Positions 38,560 to 49,529 are shown, numbered from the stretch's first letter. The stretch: 64,000 bases of DNA from Candidatus Magasanikbacteria bacterium RIFCSPHIGHO2_01_FULL_33_34 (GCA_001782825.1 MFPS01000003.1:44353-108352), one strand, 5' to 3'. Numbers and translations are program-made. The notes: generated by a model not told the origin, from the letters alone.

Positions 38560-38910
38560 ATGAGACATAAAATAAAAAAAGCAACATTAGGAAGAGAAAA
38601 GGCACAAAGAGAAGCTTTGATGCGTAATTTGGCTGAAAGTTTGATTTTAAACGGTTCAATCCGCACTACCAAAGCAAAAGCCAGAGCTTTACGTTCTTTT
38701 GTTGAACCATTAGTTACCAAAGCAAAAAAGAATGATTTAACTGCAAAAAGAAATCTCCTTAAGGCTTTGTATACCAAAGAAGTTGTAAATAAATTATTGA
38801 AAGAAATTGCGCCAAATTACAAAGAACGTAATGGTGGTTATACTAGAATTACAAAATTAGGCGCTCGCGCAAATGATGCGGCTGAAATGGCTAAAATTGA
38901 ATTTGTTTAA
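38560..38910 (+). CDS. rplQ: 50S ribosomal protein L17
   Basis: MRH, IRTTKAKA, RNGGYTRI, DAAEMA. Confidence 0.97.
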   Translation: MRHKIKKATLGREKAQREALMRNLAESLILNGSIRTTKAKARALRSFVEPLVTKAKKNDLTAKRNLLKALYTKEVVNKLLKEIAPNYKERNGGYTRITKLGARANDAAEMAKIEFV

Positions 38911-38924
38911 AAAGTAAATATTAT

Positions 38925-39320
38925 ATGACTAAAGAAACAGTGAAAAGAAAAAAACAAGTAGCTAATATAGTAGTTCGTGCAGTTCATGAAATTGATGCTG
39001 CTGGACGCGCTCCTGGTAGAGTTGCAACTGAAGTAGCAATGATTTTGCGCGGTAAAAATAAAGCAGATTTTTCACCTCATATTGATAATGGGGATAATGT
39101 AGTAGTATTAAATACTTCAAAATTGAAATTTACTGGTAAAAAATTGGTTCAGAAAGATTATCGTTATCACACTCTTTATCCGGGTGGATTAAAAAAAACA
39201 TCAATGAAAAAAGTATTTGAAAATAATCCAACAGATGTGATCAAAAAAGCAGTATATGGGATGCTTCCAAAAAATAGATTGCGTGAGGAAATGATGAAGA
39301 GGTTGACTATTAAAGCATAA
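38925..39320 (+). CDS. rplM: 50S ribosomal protein L13
   Basis: [32 protein letters not shown]. Confidence 0.96.
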   Translation: MTKETVKRKKQVANIVVRAVHEIDAAGRAPGRVATEVAMILRGKNKADFSPHIDNGDNVVVLNTSKLKFTGKKLVQKDYRYHTLYPGGLKKTSMKKVFENNPTDVIKKAVYGMLPKNRLREEMMKRLTIKA

Positions 39321-39333
39321 ATTAAAGTTATAT

Positions 39334-39732
39334 ATGACAAATAACAATACAGATACAAGAGCAGTTGGTAGAAGAAAAACTTCATCTGCTAGAGTAAGAA
39401 TCGCTCCAGGCAAAGGAGAGATTGTTATAAACAATAAAAAACTTTCTGAATATTTTGGAGCAAAATTAAATCAAGATAAAGTTCTTTCACCATTAAATGC
39501 GGTTGGTAAAGAAAAAGCTTTGGATGTTTCTGTTCGGGTTGAAGGTGGGGGAGTAACTGGTCAAGTTGAAGCTGTGAGACATGGTATTGCCAGAGCTTTA
39601 CTCAAATGGAATGAAGATTTTCGTCCAGTACTTAAATCTCTTGGATTTTTGACAAGAGATTCAAGAGCCAAAGAAAGAAAGAAATACGGATTGTTCAAGG
39701 CTAGACGGGCTCATCAATGGAGAAAACGTTAA
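39334..39732 (+). CDS. rpsI: 30S ribosomal protein S9
   Basis: [26 protein letters not shown], terminal KR. Confidence 0.97.
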   Translation: MTNNNTDTRAVGRRKTSSARVRIAPGKGEIVINNKKLSEYFGAKLNQDKVLSPLNAVGKEKALDVSVRVEGGGVTGQVEAVRHGIARALLKWNEDFRPVLKSLGFLTRDSRAKERKKYGLFKARRAHQWRKR

Positions 39733-39742
39733 CATAAAATTA

Positions 39743-39770
39743 AAAACACCCACATTTCTGTGGGTGTTTT
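39743..39770. terminator. Intrinsic terminator after rpsI
   Basis: aaaacacccaca-tttc-tgtgggtgtttt. Confidence 0.8.
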
Positions 39771-39849
39771 AATTGGTTGAATTATTGTTTAAAAAAGAGT
39801 AAACTATAATTAATTAATAAGTGGTATTAGTAATTTTAAAGGTAAATAA

Positions 39850-41277
39850 ATGTCGTCAATAACCAGAAATACTGCCTATATGACAATGGCCTCAATTGGG
39901 CAAAAGATTATTTCTTTTGTCTATTTTATGTTGATTGCCAATCATATTGGTGCAGAGAGTACTGGTAAATATTTTTTTGCATTAGCATTTACTACGGTTT
40001 TTGTAGTATTTGTTGATTTGGGTTTGACAAGTGTTTTAGTTCGAGAATCTGCTAAACATCGTGAAAAAATTCAATCATATTTTTCTACAATTTTGTCAGT
40101 GAAAATAATTTTGGGAATTGTGACATATATTGCTGCAATAGTTACTATAAACTTGATGGGATATCCAGAGGAAACAAGATATTTGGTGTATTTGTCTGGT
40201 GTTACTATGCTTTTTGATTCTCTTCATCTTACTTTGTATGGAGTTTTGAGAGCGGTTGGTAATTTGAAGTATGAGGCTATGGGTATTGTTGCGAGTCAGC
40301 TTATTACTTTGGGTTTTGGTACGACTTTTTTGTATTTGAATTTTCCACTAATATATTTGATATTGGCCTTTACAATTTCTAGTTTTTTGAATGTAGTGTA
40401 TGTAACAGTTATTTTATACAAAAAATACAAAATTAATTTGACACCGCATTATGACAAAAAAGTATTTATGTATGTAGCTAAAATTGCTTTACCGTTTGCT
40501 TTTGCAGCTGTTTTTGCTAGAGTCTATTCGTATATTGATTCTATTTTATTATCCAAGTTGGCGGGCGATGTCCAAGTTGGTTTGTATTCAATTCCATATA
40601 AAATAACCTATGCATTTCAGTTTTTCCCATTGGCGTTGATGGCTGTACTTTATCCTCGGTTTAGTGAATATTTTGTGAGTAATAAAAATAAATTAGCATT
40701 TGTATTTGAAAGAGGAGTTAAATATTTGTTGATAATTGTTATGCCGATTACTTTTGGTATCGGAGTATTGTCACAAGATATTATAACTACTCTGTTTAAT
40801 CCGGAATATGCAAATTCTGTGTTACCATTACAAATATTATTGGCAGGTTTGATATTTTCGTATATTAGCTTTCCAATTGGAGGTTTTTTGAATGCTTGTA
40901 ATAGGCAGGTTACTCAGACTATAATTGTAGGCAGTGTGATGTTTGTAAATATAGGTTTAAATATCTTATTAATTCCAAAGTATGGTGTGGTTGGAGCGTC
41001 TTTGACTGCCTTATTTGGGAATTTTCTTTTGACAATATTGGGATATATTTTTGTCCCGAGTATCACCAAAATATCACATTTATTTATATTGAAATCAATA
41101 TTTCAGATAGTAATATCTGGTCTGGTAATGGCGATAGTGGTATGGAGCGCAAATCTGTATTATCATTTTATTTTTGCTATAATAGTAGGAGCATTGGTCT
41201 ACACAATGATGTTATTTATGACAGGAGCCATTACAAGAAAACAAGTAAAAGAAGCTATATTGATGGTTCGTAATTGA
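39850..41277 (+). CDS. Wzx-like oligosaccharide flippase
   Basis: Multi-TM MOP-family pattern: DLGL..VLVRE, YIDSILLS, GLYS, LIPKYGVVGA. Confidence 0.9.
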   Translation: MSSITRNTAYMTMASIGQKIISFVYFMLIANHIGAESTGKYFFALAFTTVFVVFVDLGLTSVLVRESAKHREKIQSYFSTILSVKIILGIVTYIAAIVTINLMGYPEETRYLVYLSGVTMLFDSLHLTLYGVLRAVGNLKYEAMGIVASQLITLGFGTTFLYLNFPLIYLILAFTISSFLNVVYVTVILYKKYKINLTPHYDKKVFMYVAKIALPFAFAAVFARVYSYIDSILLSKLAGDVQVGLYSIPYKITYAFQFFPLALMAVLYPRFSEYFVSNKNKLAFVFERGVKYLLIIVMPITFGIGVLSQDIITTLFNPEYANSVLPLQILLAGLIFSYISFPIGGFLNACNRQVTQTIIVGSVMFVNIGLNILLIPKYGVVGASLTALFGNFLLTILGYIFVPSITKISHLFILKSIFQIVISGLVMAIVVWSANLYYHFIFAIIVGALVYTMMLFMTGAITRKQVKEAILMVRN

Positions 41278-41314
41278 GGTGATATTATTTATTTAGAATA
41301 TTTAACTTAAAAGT

Positions 41315-42463
41315 GTGAAAAAAATATTAATTATAAGTTTAGAGTTTCCACCTTATGTGGGTGGCGTGGCTACTTATGTTCATGATTTAGCTGATTCACT
41401 AGATCCCCAAAAAACAGTAGTTTTGGCGCCTAGTAGTAAATCCAAGGAAAGTAGTGTTTGGGATGAAGACAAAAAATATAAAATTATCAGAAAAAAATTG
41501 TTATATCCTAGGTTTATATGGCCTCGATGGATACGTCTTTTGTGGCATGTCTGGAGAGTTGTAAGGAAAGAAAAAATTGAAATAATTTTTGTACAACATG
41601 TTTTGCCTGTCGGTTATGCTGGAATATTAATGAAAAAATTATTTAAAATTCCGTTTTTATTATTTTCTCATGGAACTGATTTGATAGCTGGTACTTCAAC
41701 TGTGTGGAAAAGAAAAATGGTTACTATGGTTTCAAAACAGGCTGAGCAAATTATTTTTAATAGTAATTCACTTCAAAGTAGATATTTGCGAGTATTACCT
41801 ATGTTTGAAAAAAAATCATTTGTTTTGTACCCTTGTCCTGAGCCAATATTTTTTGAGACACCGTCTAGGTCTGCGATTGATACTATTAGAAGTCGATATG
41901 CATTGGAAGGCAAGGAAGTTATTCTTTCAGTGTCTAGATTGGATGAAGGCAAGGGTTTTTTGCATATGATTAGGTATATGTCAAAAATTTTGGAAACAGC
42001 GCCAAATCTTGTGTGGTTTATTATTGGTGGTGGTTTTAAGAGTGATTTGATAATAGATACTATCAGAAGATATAATTTGCAAAATGTAGTTAGATTCATT
42101 GGTGAAATCCCGCATGCAGATTTACCACCTTATTTTTATGTGGCGGATCTTTTTGTTTTGTTGACACATCCAGATGATGGTAGGGAAGAAGGTTTGGGTT
42201 TGGTTTTTTTGGAAGCATCAGCCACAGGCTTGCCAATCATTGCTGGGCGAAGCGGTGGAGTCCCTGAGGCAGTGTTAGATGGTAGGACGGGCTTGATTGT
42301 GGACGCAACCAATGAAAAACAAGTCATTGATGCTACATTGAAGCTGTTGCAAGAAAAAATATATGCCACTCAGCTTGGCAAAGCAGCCAAAGATAGAATG
42401 TTGAAAGATTTTCAGTGGTCAAATCAAATTAAATTACTTGAACCTTGGATTGGAAAAAAATAA
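41315..42463 (+). CDS. GT4 family glycosyltransferase
   Basis: FPPYVGG, HGTD, VSRL, EGLGLVFLEA. Confidence 0.92.
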   Translation: MKKILIISLEFPPYVGGVATYVHDLADSLDPQKTVVLAPSSKSKESSVWDEDKKYKIIRKKLLYPRFIWPRWIRLLWHVWRVVRKEKIEIIFVQHVLPVGYAGILMKKLFKIPFLLFSHGTDLIAGTSTVWKRKMVTMVSKQAEQIIFNSNSLQSRYLRVLPMFEKKSFVLYPCPEPIFFETPSRSAIDTIRSRYALEGKEVILSVSRLDEGKGFLHMIRYMSKILETAPNLVWFIIGGGFKSDLIIDTIRRYNLQNVVRFIGEIPHADLPPYFYVADLFVLLTHPDDGREEGLGLVFLEASATGLPIIAGRSGGVPEAVLDGRTGLIVDATNEKQVIDATLKLLQEKIYATQLGKAAKDRMLKDFQWSNQIKLLEPWIGKK

Positions 42464-42468
42464 TTAGT

Positions 42469-43179
42469 ATGCAATTAATCAGCATTATCATTCCAGTATA
42501 CAATCATTTGAATGATCTCAAAAAAACATTGCAATCTATATCAAAACAAACTTATAGAGATATAGAAGTGATTATAGTCGATGATGGTAGTGATACTAAG
42601 GTGGCAGATGAAATTAATCCTAGTGATTTTAATTTTGATATTTTTATTTATAGACAGGAAAATAGTGGTGCCTCGTCTGCAAGGAATATTGGATTTGAAA
42701 TGTCAAAGGGAGAATTTGTAATTTTTTGGGATGCGGATTTGATTGCCAACCATGATATGTTGAAAAAAATGCATAATGTGCTTACTATTCACCCTGAAGT
42801 TAGTTATGTTTATTCGGATTTTTATTTTGGCACCAAAAAAATGAAAGCAATGAAATTTGATGAGTCTAAATTGAGAGAGAATAATTATATAATGACTACT
42901 AGCTTGATGCGAAGAGAAGATTTTCCTTTTTTTGATCCATTGTTAAAGAGATTCCAAGATTGGGATTTGTGGTTGACAATGCTTCAAAAAAATAAGATAG
43001 GCATATATATACCAGAATTTTTGTTTTTTATAATTCCACACAAGGATGGGATTAGTGGGTGGTTACCATCTTTTGCTTACAAAAAACCATGGTCATGGTT
43101 GCCTGGTTTTAGGGATAAGGTGAAAAAATATAATCTAGCCAAAGAAATTGTAATGAAAAAGCATGGACTAATTTTTTAA
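42469..43179 (+). CDS. GT2 family glycosyltransferase
   Basis: ISIIIPVYN, VDDGS, ARNIG, WDAD, QDWDLW. Confidence 0.92.
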   Translation: MQLISIIIPVYNHLNDLKKTLQSISKQTYRDIEVIIVDDGSDTKVADEINPSDFNFDIFIYRQENSGASSARNIGFEMSKGEFVIFWDADLIANHDMLKKMHNVLTIHPEVSYVYSDFYFGTKKMKAMKFDESKLRENNYIMTTSLMRREDFPFFDPLLKRFQDWDLWLTMLQKNKIGIYIPEFLFFIIPHKDGISGWLPSFAYKKPWSWLPGFRDKVKKYNLAKEIVMKKHGLIF

Positions 43180-44673
43180 TTTGTGAAAAGTCTGATACAG
43201 GATAAGGACGATATCTTCTAATATAGAATGATCTTTGGCTGATAAAATGATAACTGAAACAATAAACATAACTCCGACTGTGTGGAATAATATAGGAGCA
43301 GTGATATTCATAAATAACATGGCTATTAGCCCAGCAAATAGTCCAATATAAAAATCATGATAATCTGGCGAAAGTCGGATTTTTTGAATCAATGAAATGA
43401 TTATATATATTATTAGTGCTAAAAAACTGAGAAATCCTAGTAGTCCAAGTTCAGCCAAAAGTTCTAAATACCCCCAGTCAAAATGTCTGGTAGTTATAAC
43501 TTCATAATGAGTTGGTTCTATAAAAGTAATTGTAGCGCCTAGACCTGAACCTAAGACAAGGTTTTGTTTTATTAATTCAAAAATTGGTGGGAGGAGCATC
43601 ATTCTAGTTAAGGAGCTGGTTTCAATGTCTGGTTTGTAAATACTATTTATTCGCAAGCCTATGAGTTCAAGGCCAATAGATGTTCCATTACTTGCTAGAA
43701 AATTTATAGAAAAAAATAGTGTTAAAGCGATTATAAGAAATTTTGTACTTACAAATAACCAATTTTTTATATTGTGTTTGTATTTTAAAATAAAAAATCC
43801 GATTATAAGAGCAAGAATATACATTCTTGAGAAATTTAGTATTAAAATTAGTATGGCAAATGTGAGCATTAGCCACCAAAGTTTGTGATGTTTTTCATTG
43901 CGCATCAATAGGGAGGTGGTGAGTAGGGTGAGCGGAACAAAGAGTAAATGTTCTGGCAAAACAATTCGCCAGAAACCAAATCCCATATTGGTAATCTTGC
44001 CCATAGCAACATCGCGAAACCATTTGTAAAAAGGTGATTGTAAATGTTCTATACCGCTAGAAAAAATAATAAAAGTAAATAAAGCAAATATGGCTGAGCT
44101 AATTAGAAATGCAATCAGTGATCGGACTAAAAAATCTTGATTCCCTCTATTTTTAAAGATATGATAACCTGGAAAAATAAGAATAAAAAAAGAAAAAGGC
44201 ATTAAGTCTTGTATTACTGCTTTTGCCCCATGTCCATTAATCACTCCATTTGAAAAGGCAATAATTGTAAAAAATAATAATGTAGATAAAATGATAATGA
44301 GTTTTTTGGGAAAGCCAACTAGCTCAGTTCTACTATTGAAGGTTGTTTGGGTAAACCATAACAAAACAAAAGTTATAAATAACATTGTTCGCATGGATAG
44401 ACCAAAAAATTCAAAAAAGTGACCAGCTCCGCCAAGTAAAAATTCACTAATTAATAAAATCCAAGCCAATTCTTGATTTTTGTAGTAAAGGGTGGCAAAT
44501 ATCAGGACAACAATAAAAACAATTAATGATTGTAATAGATTATGACCAACAAGTAAAAAAGATAATAGACGGATTAAAAAGTATGAGACTATTAAAATGA
44601 GTGTCTGTGGATTCCAGAATATTGATTTTTTGGCTAAAAAGTTTTCATACATATGATAACTATAAGATTTCAT
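43168..44673 (-). CDS. O-antigen ligase/Wzy_C-like membrane protein
   Basis: Multi-TM, NFSRM, SSLTRM, GSGLG, H(FDWG)YLELLAELG. Confidence 0.78.
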   Translation of the reverse strand: MKSYSYHMYENFLAKKSIFWNPQTLILIVSYFLIRLLSFLLVGHNLLQSLIVFIVVLIFATLYYKNQELAWILLISEFLLGGAGHFFEFFGLSMRTMLFITFVLLWFTQTTFNSRTELVGFPKKLIIILSTLLFFTIIAFSNGVINGHGAKAVIQDLMPFSFFILIFPGYHIFKNRGNQDFLVRSLIAFLISSAIFALFTFIIFSSGIEHLQSPFYKWFRDVAMGKITNMGFGFWRIVLPEHLLFVPLTLLTTSLLMRNEKHHKLWWLMLTFAILILILNFSRMYILALIIGFFILKYKHNIKNWLFVSTKFLIIALTLFFSINFLASNGTSIGLELIGLRINSIYKPDIETSSLTRMMLLPPIFELIKQNLVLGSGLGATITFIEPTHYEVITTRHFDWGYLELLAELGLLGFLSFLALIIYIIISLIQKIRLSPDYHDFYIGLFAGLIAMLFMNITAPILFHTVGVMFIVSVIILSAKDHSILEDIVLILYQTFHKLKN

Positions 44674-45568
44674 TAGCTATACTTTTGTATCCGTTCAAAA
44701 ATTCAATGACATTCATTGGTTTTTTACCTTCAAGTTGTAATTTTAGTAATTCTATTGATTTCTCAGAACATCCAATATAGATATGTTTTTCTTCTATTAT
44801 TACTTTACCAGCATCAATAATTTTGTCTGATTCTTTAATTTCTAATAATTTTAATCTTTTTTCTTGCCACATTGTCCAAATCCCTGGCCAAGGAGTAAGT
44901 CCACGGTAAAGATTGTATATTTCTTTTGAGGTTTTGTTCCAATCAATTTGACCATCCTCACGGGATAATTCATGGCATTCTGTAGCCAAAGAATTGTTTT
45001 GTATCTGGGGCTTTAGCTTGCCTTCAACATATCCATCAATTGCCTCTGACAGCGCTTGTGAGCTTATTTTAGCGAGGTTTTCACTGAGAGTAGTATAAGT
45101 GTCATGGGGTTTAATTTTAAGTCGTTTTTGTAATAAAATTGGACCAGTATCAAGTCCTTTGTCCATTTTCATAATGGTTACTCCAGTTTCTGTTTCACCG
45201 TTAATTAAAACACTTTGAATAGGAGAAGCGCCACGATATTTTGGCAATAAGGAAGTATGAACATTCAAGGTACCGTGGGTTGGTGTATTTAAGATATGTT
45301 CTGGAATTAAAAGTCCGTATTGGGCAGTAATGCCTAAATCAAATTTATCTACTAAATTATAGTTTTTTAAATTTTCAGGTTGTTCAACTTTTATATTATT
45401 GTTTTCAGATAATATTTTTACAAAAGATTTTTTTAAATCTTGTTTTCTACCGACTGGTTTGTCTGGCTGGGTTATTACAAGTGATACATTGATTTTGGGA
45501 TTATCAATCATACTTTGTAAAATTACAGAGGCAAATTGGTGTGTACCAAAAAAAACTACTTTTATCAT
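44660..45568 (-). CDS. fmt: Methionyl-tRNA formyltransferase
   Basis: FFGT, TQPDKPVGR, NVHTSLLPKYRGASPI, DTGP. Confidence 0.97.
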   Translation of the reverse strand: MIKVVFFGTHQFASVILQSMIDNPKINVSLVITQPDKPVGRKQDLKKSFVKILSENNNIKVEQPENLKNYNLVDKFDLGITAQYGLLIPEHILNTPTHGTLNVHTSLLPKYRGASPIQSVLINGETETGVTIMKMDKGLDTGPILLQKRLKIKPHDTYTTLSENLAKISSQALSEAIDGYVEGKLKPQIQNNSLATECHELSREDGQIDWNKTSKEIYNLYRGLTPWPGIWTMWQEKRLKLLEIKESDKIIDAGKVIIEEKHIYIGCSEKSIELLKLQLEGKKPMNVIEFLNGYKSIANEIL

Positions 45569-46107
45569 ATTTTTAAACTATGTTCATCTTTCAGGTTAGT
45601 TTGTTGTATGGTTTTATTAGGTTTATTATTTATTTCTTCTTTATAAATTTCAGTTGCTTTATCAATGAATAAAATTCCATCCAAATGATCAACTTCATGC
45701 TGAATAACGCGGGCCAAAAATTTTTTGGCGCTAAATGAAATTTTGTTGCCATGTCTATCAAGGGCTTGTACGTCAATATGAGTGTATCGGATTACTTTAC
45801 CAAAAGTATGTGGCACAGATAAACATCCCTCTAGATCAGTGTTTTTCTTTTTACTAGATTTTTCCCAAGTTGGATTGACTAATACTAAATCTTCTTTGAG
45901 TTTTTTGTCAGAGTCTTTGCCAATAATACAAATACGAATATTGTGAGCGATTTGTGGGGCCGCTAGTCCAATACCATCACTTTCATACATCTTTGGGATC
46001 ATTTCATCTATTAGTTTCTGAGTCTGAGGTGATAGCAAAAAATCACGGTCAATTTCTTTTGATCGTTCTCTTAGAGATGGGGTTGGTAATGTTATTATTT
46101 TTAGCAT
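45565..46107 (-). CDS. def: Peptide deformylase
   Basis: GIGLAAPQ, EGCLS, QHEVDHLDG. Confidence 0.97.
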   Translation of the reverse strand: MLKIITLPTPSLRERSKEIDRDFLLSPQTQKLIDEMIPKMYESDGIGLAAPQIAHNIRICIIGKDSDKKLKEDLVLVNPTWEKSSKKKNTDLEGCLSVPHTFGKVIRYTHIDVQALDRHGNKISFSAKKFLARVIQHEVDHLDGILFIDKATEIYKEEINNKPNKTIQQTNLKDEHSLKI

Positions 46108-46114
46108 AATTATT

Positions 46115-46372
46115 TTATTTTTTATTATTACCCTTTTTCAGTTCATTAAAAACTTTTAGAAAATATTGAACATATAATTTATTCAATTCTTTGCAATCTT
46201 CAAAAGCTATTTTGGCCATTTGGGGACTTTGTTTACAACATCTGAAAATTGAGCTTTTTTTGGTATTAGCGTCTGGGATATCAGTTATTATTTGTAATGC
46301 AAGCTCTTGCCACTTGTATGCTGGTGGTTTTTTGAACTCTGGGATTTTTATTATGTCTTTGATGCTATCCAT
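46115..46372 (-). CDS. Hypothetical 85-aa protein heading def-fmt operon
   Basis: ATG start, upstream TTGACA-17-TATTTT, 7-nt gap to def. Confidence 0.75.
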   Translation of the reverse strand: MDSIKDIIKIPEFKKPPAYKWQELALQIITDIPDANTKKSSIFRCCKQSPQMAKIAFEDCKELNKLYVQYFLKVFNELKKGNNKK

Positions 46373-46425
46373 ATGGCTTATTTCCTATGACTAGTCAAAA
46401 TACCATTTATTTGGGATTGTGTCAA

Positions 46426-47205
46426 TCAAAAGTCAAAACTGCCGGTCAAATATCCTACGCCAAAAGGGTGTTCATATGTAGAGCTTTCAAAGGAATAGTC
46501 AGTCTCTTTTAAAACGCCAAGTAGAATTAAAATTGATCTATAACCACATTCTTCAGCATTTTTGAGTGATTCACTTGAATCAAGATCTAAAATACTACCA
46601 ATTAATTTTTCTTTGATCAGATAAATCAATTTTTCATCAAAATTTTCTTTTTTACTCTTTTTTTTGGGTAATTTGTGAGATAAATCACCTGAAGCAATGA
46701 CAGCAATACGCCTGTGATCTTCTTCGATTACATCTTTAAGTATTTCACCAAAATGTATATGTTCCATAGCATTTCTGTGACTATATCCTAGGGGTAAAAT
46801 TTGTACATCTTTGAGATGATTTGTCAGGTAAAATAAAGGAACAGTAGCGCCATGATCAAGTTTTTCTTGACTACCAAGCTGTAAATTTATTTTTTTTGTT
46901 TTGCAGGCTTGGCTTAGTTTTGCGGCAAAGTCTGGAGAACCTTTCCAATCTCGTACAGTAGACAAATCACCAAAATTATCATAGGCAGATACAAAGTGCG
47001 TGTTAGCATTGACTGAAAAGGATTCTTTGTAGAGACTACTATGAGGTGAAATTACTATAATTAATTGCGCTTTGGATACATAAATTTCTTTTTCAAGAGA
47101 CTCCAAAGCTTCTTTTGTTTTGTTTATAAGATCTATTTTTTCCTTTCCAATATTGGGTATAAGTAGTGGTGGGTGGGGAGTGATTCCGGCAAAAACTAAT
47201 GACAT
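46426..47205 (-). CDS. MEMO1/LigB-like (AmmeMemoRadiSam B-type) protein
   Basis: PHPPLLIP, ISPH, DHGA.VPL, ASGDLSH, ECG, PFGVGY. Confidence 0.85.
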   Translation of the reverse strand: MSLVFAGITPHPPLLIPNIGKEKIDLINKTKEALESLEKEIYVSKAQLIIVISPHSSLYKESFSVNANTHFVSAYDNFGDLSTVRDWKGSPDFAAKLSQACKTKKINLQLGSQEKLDHGATVPLFYLTNHLKDVQILPLGYSHRNAMEHIHFGEILKDVIEEDHRRIAVIASGDLSHKLPKKKSKKENFDEKLIYLIKEKLIGSILDLDSSESLKNAEECGYRSILILLGVLKETDYSFESSTYEHPFGVGYLTGSFDF

Positions 47206-47213
47206 AATATTAT

Positions 47214-49457
47214 TTATAAGTTAGACATAGCCCAATTTGTCAGTTGATCTGGAGCCAAAAAACGATTGGAATGATCTGGGTTTCCCATGGTAATGATAAT
47301 AAATTTCTTTGCGTCTTTATTTCTTTGGACTAGCATAGCTAATCCATCACCAGCTTCATCTAGGTAACCAGTTTTACTGTTGATTATATTATAGGCTGTA
47401 TGGGTTTGTTGTACAAGCTGATTGGTGTGATCATCATAATGGTGAGGCAATCCGTCAATATCTTTCAATTCATCATATTCATAAGATTTGAGCCCAAGTA
47501 AGGTATTAACTTCATTATTGTTTATAGCTTTTTTGTATATTGTCAAGTATTCTCTGGCAGTTGATTTTGTGCCTAAATTTTCACCAGTTACTGAATCAAA
47601 TATTGTATTTTTTAGACCTAATTCTTTGGCAGTTGTATTCATACGAGAGATAAATTTGGATTCATCTTCTTCAACCGAGTCTACCAACATTCGCATAGCT
47701 GTATTTAATGATGAAATTAGTCCAGCATAGAGCAAATCTCTATTGAACAGTTTTTCACCTTCTACGATTCTAAAAGTATGATAAGTTGCTTTGTGGTCAG
47801 TTGGATCATAGGTTTTACTTCCATTTAAGTTTATACCTTCTTTCATAAGTTGATAAGCTGTCATAACTTTGGCAAATGAAGCAATTGGCCGTATATCATC
47901 TATATTTTTTCCAGATATTATTTCGCCTGTAACATAGTCAGCAATTAAATAGGTGTTGATATTGGTATCAAATGTATTACCAATGTATTTTGTTTCTGAT
48001 GCTGGAGTTTTGATCATTTTTTCGTTTACTGGTTCTACATTAATACTTGGGGCAATTGTAGTATTATCAGCAATTTGGATTTGGCGTTTCAAGTACAAAG
48101 GTTGACCGGTAGGGTGATTAAGTCCAGTAAATTCATCTACCCAAATAATATTGTTCCAGTCAAAACCAAGTCCATTAAAAACATCTTCACTGGCAATATG
48201 GCGTTTTTTGCTATTTTCTACTACATAAATTTTGTTGCTTCCAGTTATTCCAAATAATGTTCCATCTCTGAGTTTAAGTGGTTCGCCAGGTGTAAAGTTT
48301 GCCAGTTCAATTGCGCTAGTATTTTCAATATCAATATTTGGATAATTTATTTTGGCTATAGCTTCATCGGTTATAGGGTAGTATTTGCCGTCATTGATAT
48401 AGTATAGTTGTTTATTTTCTTTGATTTTTAAGATTCTACCAAGAGGGGTAGAAGTGCCTTCAATTATTGTATTGCCTAGAGAAAATGTAGATATATCAGA
48501 ACTATTTACTTCAATAATTTCATCAGGGTGATAACCTAAACTTTTTACTACATTGTAACTAGCAAATGGTCGAATAGAGTCATAATCAAGTAAATAATAA
48601 TCATTGCTATTTTTGAGGATTGAGTAATTTGGTAAAGAAATTTCTGTACCTAGTTCATAGTTGTTTAATTCAACTTCTGGTACGGGCAAAATATATTTTG
48701 GATCAAAACGGGTAATTAGCGCAGACATATTTTTGAATGGTCGTTTGATTCCGTCTTGTATTAGATAAATGGTTGAGCTATTTAAGCCTTTGACTAGACT
48801 ACCATTTGGGTAAACTTGATCAAACCATTTTTGCCAAAGATTCCAAAAATTTTTGTTGCCATGAACATGAGGGGTATAGGTGTAGAGAAAAGCTGTGGCT
48901 AAAGTGGCTGGTCTGATTGTCATGCCATCAATAGAATAAGTTTGTCCAGTGCGTTTTATCCAAGGTTGTATAAGTAGATTGTCATAATACCAACGGATAA
49001 TGGCGGCAGCACTATCAACTTGTATACCAAAGCCTTTGTGTTTTTGTAGAGCTGGATCATTCATACTACAACTATCACAAATGCCATAACCAGTAGCCCA
49101 GTCTAATTGTTTTTGGGTAGGGGAATTGGTTGTAATAAGGCTTTGTTCTTTTTGTAATTTTACAAGCAAGTATTTTGGATTGATTTTGTGATCAATAGCA
49201 GCTCGATAAATAATATCAGAAGCAGTTCTATTGACACCATTTATGTCTGGTCCGCGATAATCCACTAGGTAGCTGTTGTAATCTTTGAGAAAGGCTTGAA
49301 TATCTTCGCGGGTCATGCTTTTTGAGTTTTGGATTTCTTCATCACTGATTATATAATTTGGGTCAAAATTTTCTTCTACAGCCGAGACAAACAGGTGTGG
49401 CATTAGAATGCCACAGATAACAAAAATAGAGAATAATTTCCAAGTAAATTTATACAT
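47214..49457 (-). CDS. Secreted multidomain protein with C-terminal peptidase S11 (D,D-peptidase) domain
   Basis: Signal peptide; SxxK (ASFAK), SxN (SLN), KTG; N-terminal LQKEQSL domain; central repeats. Confidence 0.82.
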   Translation of the reverse strand: MYKFTWKLFSIFVICGILMPHLFVSAVEENFDPNYIISDEEIQNSKSMTREDIQAFLKDYNSYLVDYRGPDINGVNRTASDIIYRAAIDHKINPKYLLVKLQKEQSLITTNSPTQKQLDWATGYGICDSCSMNDPALQKHKGFGIQVDSAAAIIRWYYDNLLIQPWIKRTGQTYSIDGMTIRPATLATAFLYTYTPHVHGNKNFWNLWQKWFDQVYPNGSLVKGLNSSTIYLIQDGIKRPFKNMSALITRFDPKYILPVPEVELNNYELGTEISLPNYSILKNSNDYYLLDYDSIRPFASYNVVKSLGYHPDEIIEVNSSDISTFSLGNTIIEGTSTPLGRILKIKENKQLYYINDGKYYPITDEAIAKINYPNIDIENTSAIELANFTPGEPLKLRDGTLFGITGSNKIYVVENSKKRHIASEDVFNGLGFDWNNIIWVDEFTGLNHPTGQPLYLKRQIQIADNTTIAPSINVEPVNEKMIKTPASETKYIGNTFDTNINTYLIADYVTGEIISGKNIDDIRPIASFAKVMTAYQLMKEGINLNGSKTYDPTDHKATYHTFRIVEGEKLFNRDLLYAGLISSLNTAMRMLVDSVEEDESKFISRMNTTAKELGLKNTIFDSVTGENLGTKSTAREYLTIYKKAINNNEVNTLLGLKSYEYDELKDIDGLPHHYDDHTNQLVQQTHTAYNIINSKTGYLDEAGDGLAMLVQRNKDAKKFIIITMGNPDHSNRFLAPDQLTNWAMSNL

Positions 49458-49529
49458 ATAGTTTAATACGTTTTTTATATTGTAGCATAGTTTTTGTGAG
49501 AAAAAAAGCTGTTTTTTTATTATGTATTT

